Shown here one piece after another: positions 21,695 through 34,753 of a stretch of 64,000 nucleotides of DNA. Position 1 is the stretch's first letter. The number at the start of each line of letters is the position of its first letter. The stretch spans positions 62,001 to 126,000 of the forward strand of contig JBHGNT010000070.1 of assembly GCA_043228905.1 (NCBI GenBank), written 5' to 3'. Both the position numbers and the translations under genes were made by a program. The stretch comes from Azolla caroliniana. Lineage: Eukaryota; Plantae; Polypodiophyta. Below the pieces are notes generated by a model, which was not told where the DNA came from, searched no databases, and saw nothing but the letters and a program-made list of their open reading frames with translations.

Positions 21695-23229
21695 GGGATC
21701 CATTGACCATATACAAATCAATAAAAAATGGGATCCATTGATCTATTTCATCTCACCACTCCTATATGACAAAATTGAAAATGGATAACATTAGCCACTT
21801 TATTGACATTTATACTATGATAGAAGTTTAAGAATTTAAGTTTTGCCTAGTTTTGGCTCTTTGCAACCACGTGTCAATGTCAAGTTGTGGAGCTATCTCT
21901 TTAGAAAATGATCTCAAACAAAATCTACAAAGAGTTTTCAAAGAAATACAAAGCATCAAACCCACTGTTTGAGACTTTAAGGCGATATACCTGAATCTTA
22001 CAACTTGTTTAACAATAATTTTGAGGGCATATCTAAAGTCTTTTACATGATTATGCTTTTCTCATTGTGCTTTGTGTCGTATTGCACACGAGTCACCCTT
22101 TTGAAACTGATTATCGAAGGAAAAACCAATGAAGAGAAAACAAATCGATATATTTTATGGATATTTAAAGGCTTTTCGTTCGAGGCTTCTCAAATTAATA
22201 GAATAAACATACATATCCACACAAGATTCTTTCTTCCAATCACACGACTACTCTCCAAAGCTCAATATGAATATGACTATGTTCGTAATCTAGGTTGAAA
22301 ATGTGAGATCGTAGGCACTACATAATGACGAAGTTACCAAAAGTCTTTGTATCATATAATAGTTACTAAAAGTCTTTGTATCATATAATAATTGATATCA
22401 TATCTTTGTGTCAATTGTTACCCAAGCTCTTTGTAACAAGAAAACTTAAGTATGTTAGGTGTATGCCAATATTTAGATTTAATAGCCTTTGGAAATAACA
22501 CAATTACAATACTCTTCAATGGAATGGGAAGGTGGTGTGAAAACTTTATGATTAATGTCAATGGATTGATTAATTATGAAAGGTTTATTTGGATTAAGTA
22601 TGAAAGGTTTATCCAAATAATTTGATGTAAGGTTATCACTCATTCTCTTTGTAGTGTTTTGGAAATTTAAATTTAAGTCATCTTTGAAGGAGAAATGAGT
22701 GCAATGTGTGCAGCCTCCAAACCACCATCTTGAAATATAAGCCGGGAATACACACTTTTCAAGTTTCTTTTCAAAAACCTTAACCTCACATTTACATTTA
22801 TTAGCATTTGACTGTATAGTTTCTTATCCTTCATGTATCAACAGTGAGAACCATAAAGCATTCGTACAATGAATATGTTAGTATGCAAGCAAAAGTTTTG
22901 GATAGAATGATTGTGTTATTTTATTTTTTTCAAGAATGATTGTGTTATTGCACAAACGAATTTCCAGCAAAAACATAAAGGCTTTTGAAAGAGATAATAG
23001 CTTGAATGAAGTCGTGTGACCTATTATTTGGATAATTCCTTAATGAATAAGGATTGTAAACTATTATTTTAGTATCAATGACTCATGTTAAGACATTTCT
23101 GTTTTACCATTTACTACTATTCATATTGCAATGCATAACTTTGGGATAATTCTTCAACTCATCCGCAATCGATCCTCAAGAATTCAAAGGTTCATGTTTG
23201 ATTAATGGCCCCAGTGTTATATGACAAAA

Positions 23230-23570
23230 TGTACAATATTAGTGACATACACTAGCAATTCCAACTTCGTCCCAATTCGAACTTTCCATGACTTGCAATG
23301 AATATAATTTTACTATTATTTGACGTACATCCCAAATAATCACTTAAAATCATAGAAACACTTAGAGTTTTGTGAATTTCCAACCACTTTTCAAATACTT
23401 GTGACTCTACAACGACTACTCTAATGATCTTGGAAATTTACAAATAAAATTTCGTAAGTATCTTTGACAATCGAAGTTCATATTCCGAGTCCAAAAATAG
23501 TTACAATGCAATACATCGTTTTGTTCTCCCACCTTATGGTCCTACTACCTATGAGGAATAAAGAGAAAAC
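23230..23570 (-). mobile_element. Highly degenerate Copia RNase H remnant
   Basis: Minus-strand [21 protein letters not shown] and IFIASHGKF loosely follow F.LGSG.ISW.SKKQ..EAEY..EILW..AI.IA.NP.F. Confidence 0.35.
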
Positions 23571-24176
23571 GACATTAGAAGTAGTTTAATTCAAGTTGAA
23601 TGCAACGAATTAGTGTGTTTTTCAATTATGTTGGACATTGACATTCATATAAGAATTTCTTGTATATCTATGAAAATGAACTAACAAATAGAAAATGCAA
23701 TAAATTTATAAAGTTGCATACATTAAGTCTTCCCAACTTTGAGAAAACTCATTGACTATGAAAAGATAGTACACAAAAAGCAAAACTTTGCATTCACAAT
23801 GATTGAAATAAGAAGCTTGGTGTACATCAAATGCTTAGTTATATCCAAATACTTATATTTATATTTGAAGAACATGTGCACTTGTGTAGTTTACCAAGTT
23901 ATTATTTGATATAGATGAACCCAATGTAAGAAGATTAAAGGTTTGTATTTAGTCTTTGAAGTAACATATTTTAAAGTTAGCTTCAAAAAGAAGTAGGTGA
24001 TGTACCATCGGTAGAGCTATCCCAAAAGCATGACACGGCAGTAGTCATTCCGGCTCCATTCTTTTGCATGATAATGCAAGTAACTTTCATATGGACAAAA
24101 GCCAACAAAATTAGCAAAAAGCATGCCCACATCATATACATATCCCAAACATATTGTCCACAATGAATTCATTTAA

Positions 24177-24313
24177 GAGCAAAACACCAAAAATACCCCT
24201 AGCTTCTTTGATAAAGTCCGTGCTATGAAAGGGTCTCCGAGGTAATCTTCGAAACATAAGAGGTATTCTAGGACACACCAACATGCTAGGGGTATTTTTT
24301 GGTTGTTAGTTCC
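24177..24313. mobile_element. Small Mutator-like MITE remnant
   Basis: Inverted termini CCAAAAATACCCCTAGC / GCTAGGGGTATTTTTTGG. Flanks TTCATTTAA and TTTGTTTAT could be a decayed 9-bp TSD. Confidence 0.5.
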
Positions 24314-26056
24314 TTTGTTTATTTACACAAGCTTAGATGTGTCCTAAAAGGTTATTCTTGAGATTTCTATCTCACCTACATATTTGAAAGGCTTATCAAG
24401 GTCTGACAAACGCTTCATGCAAAGCTCTACCACATCTGATGACCATTGTTTGACCTAAACCAAAGCTATCGAAATGATATCAAGAAGTATCATAGAATAC
24501 AGCAATGAATATTATTATGGTAAAAACACCACCAGCATTTTGTATATTTACCAAAATGCCCTTGAGGTTTTCAGATTAACAAGAATAACAATCACTTTCA
24601 TGCCACATAGGGGTATCACAATATTTTTGAAACCATCAAGATATTCTTGTAGATATCTGAGGAGTCAGGGGTGTGTTATTTCCCAAATTTTCCTCTGCAA
24701 ACACCCTTGTCAAGCATATTAATTGAGCAATCTGTCTCCATTTCCTCCCGTTTTTAGTGGTTAATTGGATGCGGCATTTCAGAAATGAAGAACAACGTAG
24801 GGATATCCCGAAGTTTTCGCTTGTCATTATTCCAAAATCAATGGATTTGCAAATTCTGTTGGTGGATGCATTCCATGAGCTATATATGACTTGGAAGAGT
24901 TAGTACACTAATCTTCTTCTTGTGCATAACCATAACTAAACAAGTTTCGCTAGTCTTGTTCAAATACAAACATTATTCCTTACATTGATCGATCTTCTCT
25001 TACTCGAAGAGGAAATGCATGAACTTTACACGCCAAATCTTTTTCAAATACACTGGCTATTCCTTAAGATTATCAATAAAATAGCTATGTGGCAAGTAAA
25101 CATATAGGCTATTGCTTAAAATGATCGACAATGGTCACTTTATGCACTACAATCATTGTTACTTCAAGACCAATCAGACAAGTTCTGCCCACCAATCGTT
25201 ATTCAAATACTTAGGTTATTAGTATTGGTGTAACATTGGTTACGTGTTTTCTGTTAGGTTGAAGTATGAAGGCTCACCTTATCATGGTGAAATTGAGCAC
25301 TCATGATTGTCTCATCTATCGAATTCTTTATAATCCGACCAATATCGTCCGCTACGAATCTTGGCTACAGTTACATACAATGAATTTCAATTAATGATCT
25401 CTACTTGATTCAAAATATCTTTATTATAAATTAACTTTGCACACACAGACACAAACAAGACAAGGAATTGCTACATGAGAACACTTCCTTTCGGACATGA
25501 TACAAATTTTATTTGTAATTGGCACACAGGCATGGATATTGATGGACAACAAACACATAATAAAGGTGAATACATACATCAATTTGAGATCCAATATGGA
25601 CAATGACAAATAGATGATGGTAATGACCAAAAAACACATATTAACAAACAATGAATACATACATCGATTTGAGATTCGGTCGATTCCATCAAATTTGTCA
25701 CAGCAAATTATATATCTCCAACAGATGATGGCGGGCTCATGTGATGTCAAACGAGCATCAAAATCTCCAAGGCAAGCCGGCACAAATTAGAGAAAACGCA
25801 TGCATTTTATTGAAATCTTTGGTTCTGTAGCAAGACAAACAACTTTTTCTCCTGTTGAACATCTAATTGTCACATGATAGCAAAGAGTAGGGGAGGGAAA
25901 CCGATGTTTGTGAGTTTGTCCTACACACAAAACTCATAGATTTACCATGCATTGTATAACTAACTAAACTAACATTTCATGTCTGTCAGGAGGAATTGGG
26001 ATAATTCGATCATGCTTGATGCATTTCTCCCATGCAAACATATGCAAATCCATCTA

Positions 26057-26057
<1 letters not shown>

Positions 26058-26142
<85 letters not shown>

Positions 26143-26353
26143 CACCTGCACTCCTTTCCTTAATTCCTTTCTTGTGTTCAAGAGAAGAAGAGAAGGAAAG
26201 AACAAAAGAAGGAGATTTGTAGTTATATTTTCTATATGAGCTTTCATGGCTGTGTCCAAACCTTGGCGGACAAAATGCACATACATAACATAACATACAT
26301 ACATACATACATACATAACATACATACATACATACATACATAACACACATAAC

Positions 26354-26386
<33 letters not shown>

Positions 26387-26549
26387 CATAACACACATAA
26401 CACATACATACATACATACATACATACATACATACATAACACATACATACATACATACATACATACATACATACATAAATACAGATGGAGACATAACATA
26501 TGTCATACATATGTATATACATACATATATACATACCTACATACCTACA
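26058..26549. repeat. (GA)n at 26058-26139 and (CATA)n at 26279-26549 microsatellites
   Basis: Read directly. These tracts are the source of several spurious ORFs. Confidence 0.95.
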
Positions 26550-26619
26550 TTATGCTCAGTGGAGTTTGTTTTTTTAAAGATATCCTTTCATTAGTGTAAA
26601 CAATTTACAAGGTTTTGAA

Positions 26620-27700
26620 CTCTACGTGATGTGTGGAAACAACCATTTTGGTGATTGAAAGTGCCAGAAAGAAGTGCCATTCTTGGAGGTCATAAGTGGA
26701 GTAGCTATCCACAAGGTAAGTAACTCATGACATTGAGCGGCTTTAGAGGCTTCTGTTTTTATGAGGCGGATAAAATAAATGAATTGTCCCAATCGAAGGA
26801 AATGGTAATCAATTATCCTTATGCTAATGAACACAAGATAAGGGTAATCGGATACGTTGATCGTAAATGGTATATTGATCCACCTATAGAGGATATAAGG
26901 TCACATTGGAAGTTGTGGGTATTGGCTAAACAACCTTTGTTGATTATCAGTGGACAAATCCATTTTACTTTAATTTTTTCCAATATTCTATGCAATTGGG
27001 AATACATGTGGTTTAGGATAGACGTGATGTGTTACCAACTCCATTTCACTTTAATTTTTTCCAATATTCTATGCAATTGGGAATACATGTGGTTTAGGAT
27101 AGACGAGATGTGTTACCAACTGCATTTCAATATTGGAGACAACAAAGTATTACTCCGAAGCTCCTTGCTAAATTATGGGTTAATCTATGGGCAAGAAAAC
27201 AATGACAACAAATATTGCATGTACAATGGTTACTTGTACATCGAGCCTTGCCTGTATGCACATGGTTACATAAGATGGGCATATCCTCTAGATGTGCTCG
27301 TTGTCATTTACAAACTGAAACTCAAAAACGTTGTTAATGGGACTACATTGAGTCTCAACTGGTATGGCAACGCCTCCTTAGAATATTTGCTAACTACTTT
27401 CCCCCTGGGCCATCAGTTTTCACATGGGGCATGTTCGTATGCTCAATGGAGTTTGATGAAACCTCTCTGCATTTTTCTCTCTCACAACCCTATCCTTTTT
27501 TACTTCAAGAATGTTGTGCATCCCTATCATGGCTTGCTGGGAAAATCTCAAACAAAAATGGGACTAGCTATGCGTTAAAATCAAGATTGATGCTCCTTTG
27601 ATGATGGCAAACAAATGAAGATTGGACACATAAATCATAATGAGGACCTTATCTCACATGAGGCTCTAGTAGGAGACGTGTGAAATCACCCAACCACTCA
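26620..27700 (+). mobile_element. Degenerate L1 3' fragment with an 81-bp tandem duplication (26960-27121)
   Basis: IRVIGYVDRKWYIDPP..HWKLWVLAKQPL parallels IRILAKVDKVWVLDPNP..WDLWVVGKKPL of the L1 at 5462-5821. Confidence 0.6.
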
Positions 27701-28034
27701 ACCTGTAGCCAGTCGCTAGTTATGTATTGGTTCATACACATAGATCAAGTCTACATGGCTAGATGTTGCCCACCCTTCTAATGTGTGAGTGAGTATTAAT
27801 CGTAGCCAACTAAAGGTCTTATGGTTGTGCACACATACGTCGTAGCATCACACCACTAACTCCCTTGGAAACAACTTACACGACAATTTTGTTGGTTGGG
27901 TTCATGTGTCCTAGGTGAATTCATTTCATTTGTTTGCAAAATTTCTAATTTGTGAGGTTTTTTGTTTGGATCACTAATTTCCAAATAGGGCCTTTTGGGT
28001 GCATATATATGGTATTGTCAACTAGATTGCCCTA

Positions 28035-29570
28035 GGTGCCACAATTCACTTATCCACTACATTTTTTTCAACATCCCCAAATATATTGTTGGGGTTCAAT
28101 AGCCTCTTCCTGGATTTGTTTTGGAAATTGTCACATTTGCCATGTAAATTGCAAAAATTGGACTTCAATTCACCAAGATATGTACTAGTCATTGCCATAT
28201 TGGTTGTATATATTAGGGTTCGTGAAAAAGAAATTCCTCAAAATAACCATTAGGACATGAATCACCAACTTTATTAAACACTTTCAAAAAGAAAAGATTG
28301 TCTTAATGACGACCATAGTCGTGGAATTGAAGTACTCATTAACAACAAATGAGAATGATCCTTCTCTCTCATCGAAATTGAAGATTTCTCCCTTAACCAA
28401 TTCACATATCTCTTATATTGATTGAGTGCCTATATGAATTGCATGTGCTTGAGCCACTAGTGTACATTCTAATTTGTCGTTGTGTTATTGGTGATTTAAA
28501 TTTTAAGAGAAGTATATGTGTCCTTTCCTAGACCGACTCTTGTCATTACATTCATCAACTATGCAATGCCAAGTCAATATACTTGAGAAACCTATTTTTG
28601 TCCTATCATAGGTAAACTATGTTTGTATTCATCAACTATGCAATGCCAACTAAGAATTTGGAGTATACCATACTTGCCAGCTACCAAAATGGATTCATTT
28701 CATTCCATTATAACCATTTCTTTCACATTACTACTAGCATTTAAATTATTCAAAATCTAGTGGAGTATCCCAAAACCCTAGAATTTCAATAGCTATGTTT
28801 ATCATCCCATCAATGACTGAGCATAATAACATCATCACCATCAAAATCATCCACAGTGTTTATAGTAGAACAAAAAATCACCTTCTCTATATCATTAATA
28901 CAATAACCAAAGGGGTGGTTAGGATTTTGCATAATTATTCATTAGGAAGAAAGCCTTGTGAAGCCCCTCTTTTGGTGGGAGTCTTTTCGATATGGCCATT
29001 ATCAATTCTAAAGAGTGGTATATTGGTCAAGATGGTCCAAGTCATATTCTAGGGGGGCCTTTTCATCCAATGACACCTCTTCTAAAAAAGATTTAAAAGT
29101 TGTTTCTTTTTTTGAGCTACAAGAACTTCACATGCCTCAACTTTAAAAGTTATTTCTTTTCTGGTGCAACAATTCACTTATTTGCTACATTTTTGTCAAC
29201 ATCCCCAAAATAGATTGTTAGGGTTCAATGGACTCTTCCTCTATTCGTTTTGGACATTGTCACATTTCCCTTGCAAAATTTGGACTTCATTTCACCAAAC
29301 TAAGAAGCAATCTCCCCTTTATTGCTATTTTAATTGTTAATTAGTCATAGCCATATTGGCTATATTTATTAGGCTTCGAAAAAGAAATTGTTCAAAATAA
29401 CATGAATCGCCAACTTTGTTGAACACTTTCAAAAGAAATGATTTTCTTAACGATAACAATAATTATCGAACTGAAGTACTCATTAACAACAAATGAGAAC
29501 GGTACTCACATTATTACTACCATTGCAAATATTGAAGGCATTATTAATGTCATGAAAAACAAGTCCATTT
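28035..29570 (+). repeat. Local duplication 28035-28355 / 29163-29499, with an insert (28741-29130) that is an inverted homolog of 33885-34205
   Basis: GGTGC.ACAATTCACTTAT...TCAACATCCCCAAAATA occurs in both copies. GTATCCCAAAA.CCTAGAATTTCAATAG at 28765 reverse-matches ~34150-34178. Confidence 0.75.
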
Positions 29571-31179
29571 CAGCCTCTTTGGGTCTTGCCAAACCTTACA
29601 CTAACTAAACTCTTTTTCATTCACAAATTCTTGAAACAACATAATTATTAGTAAACTGTTTTTTAGTATTTTTATTGCAAATCTATGATCTCAACTTTGA
29701 TGCACACTCTCCTAAACCTGCAGCTTCCACACTACAAGTCACACTCTTGTTTTATGACACATTCCTTCCTTGCCACAATAGTGTGATATCCACCAGCCTT
29801 GTTTGTGTATGTCTTTTGTTTCTAGGAGCAACCAATGGTAAGTTCTGAAAAGTGTCACAGCAATATCATCTACAAACAAAACTCTAAATATGTGACAGAA
29901 AAGGTTATCAAAGCAAAAAAAAACTTTTAAGAAAGGATGCGACAGGAAAAAGGAAATAACAGAAATGAGGATATGAAAGAGAAACAGCATATGAATGGTG
30001 ATAGTCATCATCGCATCACATAAAACAATGAGTGGCATTATTTAAAATATTAAGATTCTTGGCCCTAATGAAGGGTGACCAAAACATAGCCTCAACTTGA
30101 ATGATTGAATGTTTGATTCCAAATATACATCAGATATTGCAATATGTACTAGCTCTATTCACATAGCATTATAAAGAAAATTTATATAGGATATGAATTA
30201 CATCTTGAAAGCATGTAAAATCCATTACATTAGCATATAGGCCTAGTACACCATTGCTAATTTGATGCACTTTATGTGCTTATAACACCTCAGGAAAGAA
30301 GAATAAAATCCATACATTCTCAGATATATCGAGTTTTCCTTTAGAATATGGACAGAATGTCTGATAATAGTAACATTAACAAACAATGTAGCTCTCAATC
30401 CGTTGAAACTATGAAGCCATATATCCAAATAAATTAATGAAGCTCTTCATCCATCACCCTTGAGCTCTGAAAGATGAAGAGCAAAATATTTTAGTATGTA
30501 TCAAAAGGCAATATCTATATTTTAGTATGAAAGATGAAGATTCTTCTAGAGGTGGTCTGAAACCAGTGGATACATTGGTATCAAAACATGGTATAAATTT
30601 CTTAGGAAAATCTCTAACCACAATTGTCTTGTTACATAACTTACAATTCAACACAAACAAAATGAATGTTTGCAACACCTAACCATATAAGGTATTCTAT
30701 GACTTAGTATGTCAACTTTTCCTCATAAAGCTATACTTTTTGTTTCTGATCTAAAATCATTAATAAGCTCCTCTACATGATGATGATACATAATCAGTGA
30801 GTTTCCCATATAGTAACCTCCCTTAACCAAGACAACCCCTTTTGTATAGTATAAACTTACAGTTTGTTGCACCGGCTACTCTCGTGCAACCAAGTTACAT
30901 CTTGTAGCATGTATGCTACAGTTTTATAACATAGAAAAAACAAATTTACATGGTCCAGATAGGTTAGACCACAAACTGTGGTGCAATCAGTGACAAACAA
31001 TGCCTTGAATTGTGTATCCATAGGAGGATTAATGAAAGCAGAGTTTCCTAAGACTGTATGGACATGGGAATTTTTTATACGGGTGAAAGATGTAATAAAG
31101 TTGCTATGGAGACTGAAAAAACTTCCAAAACAAGCATATGAAATTTCATACTTTTGAACCAGATTTGATCTAGTGGCTC

Positions 31180-33825
31180 TATGTCTAGTGTATCAAATAG
31201 CTAGAGTTTAGTTGGTGGCTCTTGGAACTACAAATGTGCACATTGCCTTTTAAGAGCACCAAGGGCTGCATATCCACGAGGACATCAAGCACAAGAGTCT
31301 CCGGTGAGGAGAACCTGAGCCCTGTAAATGTTACTCCTAGGTATGCATAGGAGTGTGTGTGTGTGTGTACCACCTTTTCCTCTCCCAAGAATTCTGGTTC
31401 TGATCTTGTTAGCCATGCTTGAGTGGTGTTAAACATCATCACTTTAGTTTTATCCATGTTTATCAATGAAACTTTGTTCATACAAAATACCTTTAGGGAG
31501 ATTAAATGGCTTTATAGTCCCTTTGGAGAGTTAGAAATCAGCACAATATCACCAGCATATAGTAATATTTGTATGTCTATACTCACTAGGCATGCTCCCG
31601 AACCCCCCAACCTCTCTACGTAATGCGATACCTCATCTCTGTAGAGACTGAAGAGACTAGGTGCTAGTGGGCATCCTTGTTTTACCCCAATTGTTCTAGC
31701 AATAGCCTCTAACAAACCATTAGGATACCACAGTTTTCATGACATGGATTCAAACAGTGCAGAGATTCCCTATTGCATATCTATAGGGACACGAAGGGCT
31801 TCTAGCTGTTGCATAAGCCAACACACCTCAGTGTCAAAGGCTTTTCTGAAATCCACAAAGCAGCAATAAATCCTCTTATTATGGGCTTTCTACCCTTCTC
31901 GATAAGGGCTCTGAGGGTCAATATGTGATCCAAAGTCACAAACCCCTTCCAGAAGCCTGCCTGTCCAGCTAAATGGCAGTGATTTTGCTCTGCCCATATA
32001 CTCAATTCTGACTCTAGGATCCAGCCATGTAGTTTAGCCAAGTAGTGGCCAAGATTGTCCTATAGTTCCTCAGCATCATGGGGTCTCCACTCAAGGATTG
32101 GCACAATGATATGTTCTGTCTATGTGGTAGGGAAACCTTCACACCTCGCTCTATTAAAGATGTGTGCTAGCAAATGGGAGCAAGATGTCATGGACATAGA
32201 TAAAGTGCTCACTATACAATTCATCATGATCCTGAGCCTTCCCAAATTGTAACCGATCAATGGCATTTCTTATATTTTGTAAAGTAAAAAAGGTAGATTC
32301 ATGTGGGCATGAGCATGTGGGTGGGGAAGTGGAGTTGCCCCAAGATATCAAATAGTACCTCGGAATATTCGTACCACACCTAAGACGAGGTCAGTTGTGT
32401 GAGAGGTTACCTCTCATTAAACATTTTCCATGCTCTTCTACTTTCTTGTCCTAGGAACAAGCAATACAAATGATTTTCAAATTTACCAAACAATCTCTTC
32501 TTCTTCCTTACAAGGCATTGGAAGGTTGTTCTTGCTTATTGTGTGTACAAATACCCCGAGTTACTTCGCGCTACAAGCATCTCCTTGTATCACGAGATTC
32601 CTCATCATACCAATTATTTTGTATGACTACCAAGTTTGCGGGCATTGCCCATTGTGGGGAAAGGCATTTGTAGCTGCTTTATGCAATGACTTTGACAATC
32701 CTTGTGACTTCATCTAGGGGTTCGAAAGGATCGGAATCTAGCATGCCATTATTTGAGGATATTTCATCCTTAAGGTATTGCACCCTATCATCCTTGAGCA
32801 AGTTTGATTTCTTGATAAGGCTAGTGATGTCTTTTCTTATCTCTTCTAATAACTCAATCTTGAGAGAGGCACACAGCTCTGTTTTTTATTTCTCTATCTC
32901 CTTTTTCATTTCCTCTCTTAATGTTCTTTCTATATTATCTCTTATAAGATTGATCTCTTGCCTAATCAAATGGCTTAATAGATCATGTTTCCCCTCTTCG
33001 ACATCAAATGGAACCTGCATTTTAGGTGCCTTGTGCCACCTTCTGGTGCTACTTGGGGTGCTTCATCTGGTCACTTTTTCTTCTATAGTATCTTCTTGGG
33101 GTCTTCCATGGATCTGGACCATCTTTGTAGGTATTGAGATCCATACCTTCATTTGCTATCCATTCAGAATCCATGGTCTCCTATAGTTAGGACAACGGGT
33201 ACAAGGTATGGCCAGAGACATGCAAGGGGAAAAGGGAATAGAGTGAAACCAGGAACATAGAGATTTGGCCAAGAGGACACAGAGATTAGTCAGACATTAC
33301 AGAAAATGCAGAGGATCAGAGATTGCAGGAAACTCCTGGAAACCCTAGGGTTACTAGCAATGCCGATTTTTATGCATTGCCTAAGAATTGGAAATATGAT
33401 TTATAAGGTTTGCCTTCCAAGGACAGATCAAATGCCAGGAAACAAATCCTGAGTTTGCTGGCTTACTTGCGAGCTTGCTTGATTGCGGGGAAATCACAAA
33501 GAAGTTCCAGGACATGGGCGGCAAAAACCCAGAGATCTTGCAAGCAACACTGCTCGCCCGAATTCCGAATCATCTTCATTCACGTAGGAAGAAGCAATAA
33601 GTGATGCAACTACGAATCTCATGGAGAGTTTGATCCTGGCTAAGGAGAGCACCCCGCGGAACATTAACAAATCTGAGTATTCCAACCAGTTGAGAGTGAA
33701 GAATGGTATTAACCAGAGGATCAGATATTACAGAAAAGGCAGAAGACACAGATATTAGGCAGACATTTCAGATAACCAGAGGACACTGTGATTAGCCAGA
33801 CATTGCAGAAAACGCAGAGGGGTAA
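31180..33825 (-). mobile_element. RTEX-like LINE copy 3: putative 5' UTR, coiled-coil ORF1 start, internal deletion, degenerate RT, 3'-truncated
   Basis: RT pieces QAGFWKGFVTLDHILTLR, IGVKQGCPLAP and ILLYAGD are closely similar to copy 2. Upstream minus-strand frame from ~33152 reads RQEINLIRDNIERTLREEMKKEIEK..ELLEEIRKDITSL and is fused at ~32752 to the ORF2 segment NGMLD.DPF.PL. The 5' boundary is uncertain. Confidence 0.8.
33560..33678 (+). other. NUPT: plastid rrn16 leader plus 5' end of 16S rRNA
   Basis: GAATTCCGAATC...GAAGCAATAAGTGATGCAACTACGAA|TCTCATGGAGAGTTTGATCCTGGCTAAGG matches the plastid rrn16 leader and mature 5' end as I recall them. 27F primer site with 1 mismatch at 33625-33644. 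Similarity decays after 33645. Confidence 0.85.
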
Positions 33826-34077
33826 AAAATGTCTAAATGAGGATTCTTTGGATTGAAGTTTGACAAAGTTACAACTCAAGACGTATGAAGTCCTTGTAGC
33901 CCAAGAAAAGAAACAGCTTTTAAATATTTTTGGGAAGAAGTGTTTGGATGAAAAGGGCCCCCTTCGCATATGACTTGAACCATGATGCATTCCTTCCCAT
34001 AGATTGCTCATGGATGGACAATCTTGACCAATATACCACTCTTTATAGATGATAATGGTCAGATTAAAAGATTGTTA

Positions 34078-34430
34078 CTACAGACATCGAGGAGGATTAT
34101 GATGGTGATGATGTTATTATGTCCACTCATTCATTAGATGATGAACATAACTATTGAAATTCTAGGATTTTGGGATACCCTAGTATGATTTTGAACTGTT
34201 TAAATTTACATCTACTTTCTGGAGTGTAGTATTGTGCTATTCCTAACATTATCTACAGACATCGAGGAGGATTATGATGGTGATGATGTTATTATGTCCA
34301 CTCATTCATTAGATGATGAACATAACTATTGAAATTCTAGGATTTTGGGATACCCTAGTATGATTTTGAACTGTTTAAATTTACATCTACTTTCTGGAGT
34401 GTAGTATTGTGCTATTACTAACATTATCTA
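34078..34430. repeat. 175-bp tandem duplication with CTA microhomology
   Basis: CTACAGACATCGAGG starts at 34078 and 34253. I saw one substitution between the copies. Confidence 0.95.
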
Positions 34431-34753
34431 ATGAATCTTACTTTTCAGATATTCTAATGGTTTAATTTAGTGATTTCCCTCATAGCTATTGTATCAAATA
34501 ATATGCATCTTCAAACACTATAAATACACTACCTATTGTTGAGCATTGTAGATCTACCATATCGTACGACTTACAACATTACTTTTAATGAGGCTTGTTT
34601 ATCTCAATAATATTCATTATAGTATTCTGATATGCACACAAATCTGTATATATATCATACATAATAACTCAAAAGAAGAATTCTTTGTAATTGAAAAAAA
34701 TATGGCCTGCAGGTAAAGGAGAAGTCGACCTCTTATCTGCCAATGAAATGGTT

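Noticed and set aside
25969-26534. YVCM-repeat ORFs
   Set aside because: Translations of (CATA)n and (GA)n.
26727-27578. 283-aa ORF as a novel gene
   Set aside because: The N-terminal part resembles the L1 C-terminal region seen at 5462-5821, and the internal repeat is an 81-bp DNA duplication.
32686-33186. Plus-strand 166-aa ORF
   Set aside because: Antisense shadow of the LINE ORF1/ORF2 fusion on the minus strand.
33617-33678. Functional 16S rRNA gene or bacterial contamination
   Set aside because: Only ~30 nt of good mature-16S match, preceded by a plastid-type leader and embedded in nuclear TE sequence.
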